From Promethearchaeota archaeon (GTDB taxonomy: Archaea > Asgardarchaeota > Lokiarchaeia > Sigyniarchaeales > SOKP01): a stretch of 64,000 nucleotides of DNA. Under the pieces are notes generated by a model, which did not search any database, was not told the DNA's origin, and saw only the letters and a program-made list of their open reading frames with translations. The position numbers were made by a program, and so were the translations under genes. Where the stretch lies: the NCBI GenBank assembly GCA_048937405.1, contig JBHLNF010000006.1, forward strand, positions 128,001-192,000, given 5' to 3'. Positions 59,168 to 64,000 of this stretch are shown here, piece by piece; within the stretch, counting starts at the first letter, position 1; each line of letters starts with the position of its first letter.

Positions 59168-59455
59168 AAGTTATAAGATTTAGAGGAAATTACTCAGATA
59201 TTCATCAAAATCAAACGTATGAAATATATATAGGTGAATTTCCAAGAGATGTTAATAAGACTAAGATAATTAGATGCTTTATTGGCATTCCACTAAAATT
59301 AAGTGCTAAAATGTTTTCAATTGATATTTATAATACCTTTTCTAATTATATCTACAAGGTTTCTTGATCAAAAAAGGTCAATATGTAGAAAAATGATCAT
59401 GAAAAAAGTTTAAATATATTAAAAAGAAATAAATATTATCAAAAAATGGAAGAGA

Positions 59456-59860
59456 TTGATAATAATGAAAGAATATGTATCAGTTCCAACTGATTGGCCT
59501 GATAAGATTATAAGAAATATGATTAAAACATATTGCAATACATTCAAAAGTTCTACGAAAGGTTTTGATGGGTTTAAAGTAGAAACCCAAAATGAGAATA
59601 AACTCTCATTATCAAGTGGTTCAAAAAAATCTTTGAAATTTCTTGGAGCTATAAAAAATGAATTTAGTGCCACTATAGAATTAAATTTAGATACTTCCCA
59701 AAAACAGATTATAATTGATTTTGACGAAGGAACGATGTTGAAAGTTGGAAAGATGGGTATGAAAAAACGCCAAAACTTTTGGAAAATATTTTCTGATGGA
59801 ATAAGAGAAGCTATACAAGAAGCAATTGAAGAGATTCAAAACAAACAAAAAGACTCATAA
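59456..59860 (+). CDS. Hypothetical protein
   Basis: 134-aa ORF co-oriented 44 bp upstream of SIR2-TPR. Confidence 0.65.
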   Translation: MIIMKEYVSVPTDWPDKIIRNMIKTYCNTFKSSTKGFDGFKVETQNENKLSLSSGSKKSLKFLGAIKNEFSATIELNLDTSQKQIIIDFDEGTMLKVGKMGMKKRQNFWKIFSDGIREAIQEAIEEIQNKQKDS

Positions 59861-59904
59861 ATTTTTTATTTTATTGTTTAATATTAAAAGGAGATTTATT
59901 TAAA

Positions 59905-62505
59905 ATGTCAGTTCTAGAACCCTGTGAATTTGATCTTAAAAATTTAATTATAAAAAATAATTCTTTAACCTTTTTAGCGGGGGCAGGTATTTCGATGAAT
60001 CCACCCTCATGTTTACCTTCTGCTCGTCAAATTAACGAATCATTAATAACTTTTATCACTCCTGAAGATGCTGCTAAGGACATATTAACTGGATCTCTAG
60101 TAAATTCTATGCGATTTGAATATGTAATGCAATTATTTAGAGATAACTGTGATTCGAATTTAAAGATTATGGATTATTTTGAAATACCCGATAAACCTAA
60201 TATTTTACACTTATTTTTGTACGAAATGATAAAAAGAAGAAATTATGTAATGACTACTAATTTTGATTATCTTATAGAAAGAGCATTTGATCCTGATACT
60301 AAAAATCCCCTAATAATAATTACGGAAAAAGATTTTGATCAAAATGGTGATCCTGAAAAAAACGTGAAAAATAATTATTCAGCGTTATATAAAATTCATG
60401 GTTCCTCAAAGAATTTTTTCACAGGAGAGGATACCAAAAAAACGGTTATTACAACATTGGATGCTCTTGGGAAAAAAAAAGGAGAGAAAATATTTACTGT
60501 TGAACCTTATAAACGAAAATTTTTCAGAAAAGTATGCCAAGGTCGAACATTAATAGTTATGGGTTATTCTGGAGGAGATGATTTTGATATTATGCCTATC
60601 TTATTGGAAATGGAAGAAATAGAACAGATAATCTGGCTTGCTCATGAGAATACTTCATTATCAGAGTTTCAATGGTACAAAGTCTCTTCTGACATACAGA
60701 ATAAAGATATTGCTATGGATGATCTTAATCTTCTTGATCAGATATTAATAAAGTTAAGCCGTTTTGGGAAAATACCCACCTATAAAGCTATTGGAAATAC
60801 TGGTTTAATTGTTAATGAAATTTTAAATCAGGACTACAAAATAAATTCAGACAAAACAGATATTATTAAGCTTTCTGTGTGGCTTAAGAAAAATTATGAA
60901 GAACCAATTGAGGGATTGAAAGAACATGTAGCAGGAATGATTTACTATCAAAGAAATATTTTAGACAAGGCTTACTTTCATTTTCAAAAAGCTTATGATT
61001 ACTACGAAAAATCTAAAAATGTTGAAAGTATGAGTGCAGCCTTGAATAATATAGGGCTTATATCTACAGATGAGGGAAAATTTCAAGAAGCATTAAAAAT
61101 AATGGAAAAATGTTATGAAATTTATAAGAGTATTAATGATTTTGATTCGATGGCAACAGCATTATCGAATTTAGGGATGATTTATGATAAATTAGGAGAA
61201 AGACAACAAGCTTTAGATTATTTCCAGAAAGCTTACCAGATAGACAATCAGAATTCAAGTATTAATCTATCTAGAGATTTAAATAATATAGGTATAACGC
61301 TTCAAGCTATGGGGCAATTTGAGGAAGCGCTACTTAATGTAAGAAAAGCTTATAAAATTAATGAAAATTTTGGAAATTTAAATGGAATGATAAATTGTTT
61401 GATGAATATGGGAACAATTTATATGGCTAAAAGCCAAATGGATAAAGTATTGCCGACTTATGAAAAAGCGTTAGAAATTGCTGAAAAACTAGGACAACTA
61501 GATGCAATAGGGAAAAATCTAAATAATATTGGAATTTATTATTGTAGGCAGGGAGATTTTGAAAAAGCCTCTATCTATTATAATAGAGCCAAAGAATTTG
61601 ATGAGAGGGTACAGAATTCAGATGGAATTGCAGCCACTTTACTTAATATAGGAGAACTTTACTATAAAAAGCGAGAATATGATAAGGCATTAGAATTTTA
61701 TAATAGAGCATATAAAATAGTAGATCATCTTAAAATTCTTGAGACAATGTCAGTTATACTGAATAATATAGGTTTAATATATATGGATACCCATCAATTC
61801 GATAAAGCAAAAGATTACTTCTTAAGAGCGAATAAGATGTACGAAAAGCATAGAAATATAAAGTCTAAGGCAGATTCATTAAATAATTTAGGCCTTTTAA
61901 GCTCAGAAATGGGAGATTTGGATAGTGCGTTAAAATATTTTCAAGATTCATATGAAATTAATAATAGGTTCCATATACTACCTAATTTAGCAAAAAATTT
62001 AAATAATTTAGGACTTGTTTATTTAAAAAGAGATGATTTTGAAAATACATTTAATTTTCTTACAAAAGCTAAGGAGATATTTTTAAAACTTAATAATTTA
62101 CCAGGAATTGCAGGTATATTAAGTACATTAGGGTTGACTTATATGAAGAAAGGAGATTATAGCAAAGCACTATTAGAATATGAGGAAGCGTATAAAATCC
62201 GTGAAAAACTAGAACATAAAGCTGAAATGTGTGATCTCTTAAAATGCATAGGTTTAATGTATTCAAACTTAGGGAAGACACAAAGCGCTTTAGAAAACCA
62301 ACTAAAAGCCTATGAAATAGCTAAAAACGTTGGATCAGAGAAAGATATTGCTGATATTTGCACTCAATTAGGATTAAGTTATTTTATAAGTAGTAATTTG
62401 CCAAAGGCTTTAGAATTTTGTAATATTGCGAAAAATATTTATGAAAAAGGTAATTATACAGAATCATTAGCTATTGTTATAGATTTTATCAAAAAAATAT
62501 CTTAA
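59905..62505 (+). CDS. SIR2-like domain + TPR repeat protein
   Basis: LAGAGIS, MTTNFD, KIHGS, MGYSGGD; about a dozen repeats with ~40-aa period LNNIG..Y...G....AL. Confidence 0.88.
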   Translation: MSVLEPCEFDLKNLIIKNNSLTFLAGAGISMNPPSCLPSARQINESLITFITPEDAAKDILTGSLVNSMRFEYVMQLFRDNCDSNLKIMDYFEIPDKPNILHLFLYEMIKRRNYVMTTNFDYLIERAFDPDTKNPLIIITEKDFDQNGDPEKNVKNNYSALYKIHGSSKNFFTGEDTKKTVITTLDALGKKKGEKIFTVEPYKRKFFRKVCQGRTLIVMGYSGGDDFDIMPILLEMEEIEQIIWLAHENTSLSEFQWYKVSSDIQNKDIAMDDLNLLDQILIKLSRFGKIPTYKAIGNTGLIVNEILNQDYKINSDKTDIIKLSVWLKKNYEEPIEGLKEHVAGMIYYQRNILDKAYFHFQKAYDYYEKSKNVESMSAALNNIGLISTDEGKFQEALKIMEKCYEIYKSINDFDSMATALSNLGMIYDKLGERQQALDYFQKAYQIDNQNSSINLSRDLNNIGITLQAMGQFEEALLNVRKAYKINENFGNLNGMINCLMNMGTIYMAKSQMDKVLPTYEKALEIAEKLGQLDAIGKNLNNIGIYYCRQGDFEKASIYYNRAKEFDERVQNSDGIAATLLNIGELYYKKREYDKALEFYNRAYKIVDHLKILETMSVILNNIGLIYMDTHQFDKAKDYFLRANKMYEKHRNIKSKADSLNNLGLLSSEMGDLDSALKYFQDSYEINNRFHILPNLAKNLNNLGLVYLKRDDFENTFNFLTKAKEIFLKLNNLPGIAGILSTLGLTYMKKGDYSKALLEYEEAYKIREKLEHKAEMCDLLKCIGLMYSNLGKTQSALENQLKAYEIAKNVGSEKDIADICTQLGLSYFISSNLPKALEFCNIAKNIYEKGNYTESLAIVIDFIKKIS

Positions 62506-62734
62506 TCTTAAAGTAACTGAAATTTTTAATATTTCTCATTATGAGAGGTTTTCATATTTATGATATCCTTATTATTTTGGGTCTAATCGTAGATCTTCTC
62601 TAAATTTTCATCAAAATTAAACTCCTAATTTATCTTTCCAAACCAATTTCAAAGGAAATTGATACAAATTTTAAAAATTCTCGACCTTTATGACTTTATT
62701 TATGTTTTAAGAGTATATTGATATTAAAACGATT

Positions 62735-62959
62735 CTAAATAATTATTGCTCGTTTTTTCATATGTATCTTTTTGAGAACAAAATGGCCCAATAGAGAGCA
62801 AAGGATGACTGTTAAAGGAAATACGAAGGCTAATTTTATAATAGGATAAAGGCTTAAGGAGGCAAATCCAAGGGATATAACAACAAGGATGGGTGGATGT
62901 ACAAAGTATATATAATATGCGCTGTCAGATAGATTCCGTAGTATAGATCCTTGTCTGTC
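62735..62959 (-). pseudogene. C-terminal fragment of an acyltransferase-3 (OpgC/OafA-like) membrane protein
   Basis: LSDSAYYIYFVHPPILV..IKLAFV; 5' side cut by the repeat boundary. Confidence 0.65.
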
Positions 62960-63260
62960 GAATATAAGATTATGATTACCAATGATCACTGTTTATTCAA
63001 AATTACATTACTAATGTCTTAATCATAGCATTAATTTGTTCAAAATCGTAATGTTTAATGGTGATTGCACTAGCAGGACAGTTTACAGCACAAGTTCCAC
63101 ATCCCTTGCATAATCCTGAATTAATTAAAGATTTTTTAATGGGTAAACTTACTTCTTCATATTCTTTTAGGATTTCTGTGATTTCTATTGCATTATATGA
63201 ACATGCTTCTACGCATGTTCCGCATCCAATACACCTCTCTTGATCTACTTCCGCTATTAA
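62960..63260. repeat. Direct repeat copy 2 (hdrA 3' end + 3' flank)
   Basis: Gap-free match to 58867..59167. Confidence 0.9.
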
Positions 63261-64000
63261 TCCAGAGGTGGTAATTTCTTCTGTACTTAAAAATCTGCAC
63301 GCTCTTCCAGCAGCACCATTTGCTTGTGATATTGAATCTTGTATATTTTTTGGCCAGTGAGCACATCCACATAGGAAAATACCATCAGTTGCAAAATCTA
63401 AAGGTCTTAATTTTACATGTGCTTCTAAGAAAAAACCATTTTTATCTAATGGAACTTTAAGCATCTTTGCCAATTCATCTAAGTTATCTGAGGGGATCAT
63501 AGGAGTTGATAATACAATTAAATCTGTTGTAAATTTGAGATTTTCTTGCAAATTGGTATCAAAAACATCAATTTCAAATTTACTTGTTCCACTATTTTTC
63601 TCTTTAATTTTTGGGGGTTTATCTAAATCATATCTTAAAAATATAGCATCTTTTCTTCGTTCACGATAATATCTTTCAAATTCTTTCTTTGCCATTTGAA
63701 GATCTCTATAGAGAACTATTAATTTAAGGTCTTGTTTTAATTCTTTGAGAAGGTTAATATTTTTTATGGCACTTTCACAACATATGTTTGAACAGTAGGT
63801 TATCCCTTTTTCTTGTCTTGCATTAACACATAACAAAGTGGTGATATGATTAAGCTTATCCAACCATGATTTATCTTCATCTTTTAATCTCTGCTCTAAT
63901 TGTAATTGAGTAATTACATTGTGATTAGAATAGGTATATTCAAAAAATTCATTAGGTTTCAATTCTTGTCCTCCAGTAGCAACAATAATAGTCCCAACTT
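63003..64000 (-). CDS. hdrA: HdrA-like flavoprotein, 3' part (5' end outside window)
   Basis: Open to the window edge (VGTIIVATGGQE); YCSNICC, EAHVKLRP, C-terminal ferredoxin; close paralogue of 54371..57478. Confidence 0.9.
   Translation of the reverse strand, partial: VGTIIVATGGQELKPNEFFEYTYSNHNVITQLQLEQRLKDEDKSWLDKLNHITTLLCVNARQEKGITYCSNICCESAIKNINLLKELKQDLKLIVLYRDLQMAKKEFERYYRERRKDAIFLRYDLDKPPKIKEKNSGTSKFEIDVFDTNLQENLKFTTDLIVLSTPMIPSDNLDELAKMLKVPLDKNGFFLEAHVKLRPLDFATDGIFLCGCAHWPKNIQDSISQANGAAGRACRFLSTEEITTSGLIAEVDQERCIGCGTCVEACSYNAIEITEILKEYEEVSLPIKKSLINSGLCKGCGTCAVNCPASAITIKHYDFEQINAMIKTLVM

Noticed and set aside
60940-62460. 120-bp periodicity as a CRISPR array or DNA repeat
   Set aside because: It is the TPR protein repeat, degenerate at DNA level
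399-63243. Many short antisense or overlapping ORFs (e.g. 399..626, 1692..1955, 16791..17063, 24644..24964, 27357..27860, 47704..48036, 51388..51717, 59419..59673)
   Set aside because: Shadows of well-supported genes with no recognisable motifs
58867-63260. IS element or prophage
   Set aside because: No transposase, integrase, terminal inverted repeats or viral genes between the repeats
1-64000. Genome-wide TGA reassignment
   Set aside because: TGA is a normal stop for several genes (e.g. 42460, 53895, 35650, 45979)

Overview
Very AT-rich archaeal DNA, most likely an Asgard archaeon (Lokiarchaeia-like). This is inferred from a Rag/Arf-like GTPase, uDENN/longin-like and PCI-domain proteins, many HdrA paralogues and a eukaryote-style SECIS. 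Region 1-13.6 kb is an Hdr/Mvh/FrhB redox locus. It contains an hdrA that the ORF track splits into pieces but which reads as one 678-aa selenoprotein (two in-frame UGA codons, 3' SECIS-like hairpin). It also contains an operon for a winged-helix-HdrA-MvhD fusion plus a [NiFe] hydrogenase whose large subunit has two hallmarks of H2-sensing hydrogenases (His->Gln after the L1 motif, no C-terminal extension). This candidate one-component H2/redox-sensing transcription system is the most novel item. Region 13.6-22 kb is a signalling island (2 histidine kinases, a receiver, REC-Lrp, Zn-ribbon-Lrp, 2 USPs, TauE) with a recurring 13-bp palindrome. Region 22-40 kb has mixed genes: a thiolase/HMGS-DUF35 pair, Rag-like GTPase, uDENN-like protein, ABC exporter and tandem PCI-TIR proteins. 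Region 40-53 kb is a sulfur, Cys/Met and Fe-S cluster (moeB, tusA, Str2-like, metWX, cysK, cymR-like, iscSU, cysE, moaD/SAMP). Region 53-64 kb is a second hdrA-hdrD-hdrA-mvhD locus interrupted by a cassette carrying a SIR2-TPR gene, bounded by a ~300-bp direct repeat of the hdrA 3' end. No rRNA, tRNA, CRISPR array or transposase was recognised. All calls are by eye from motifs; no database searches were run.
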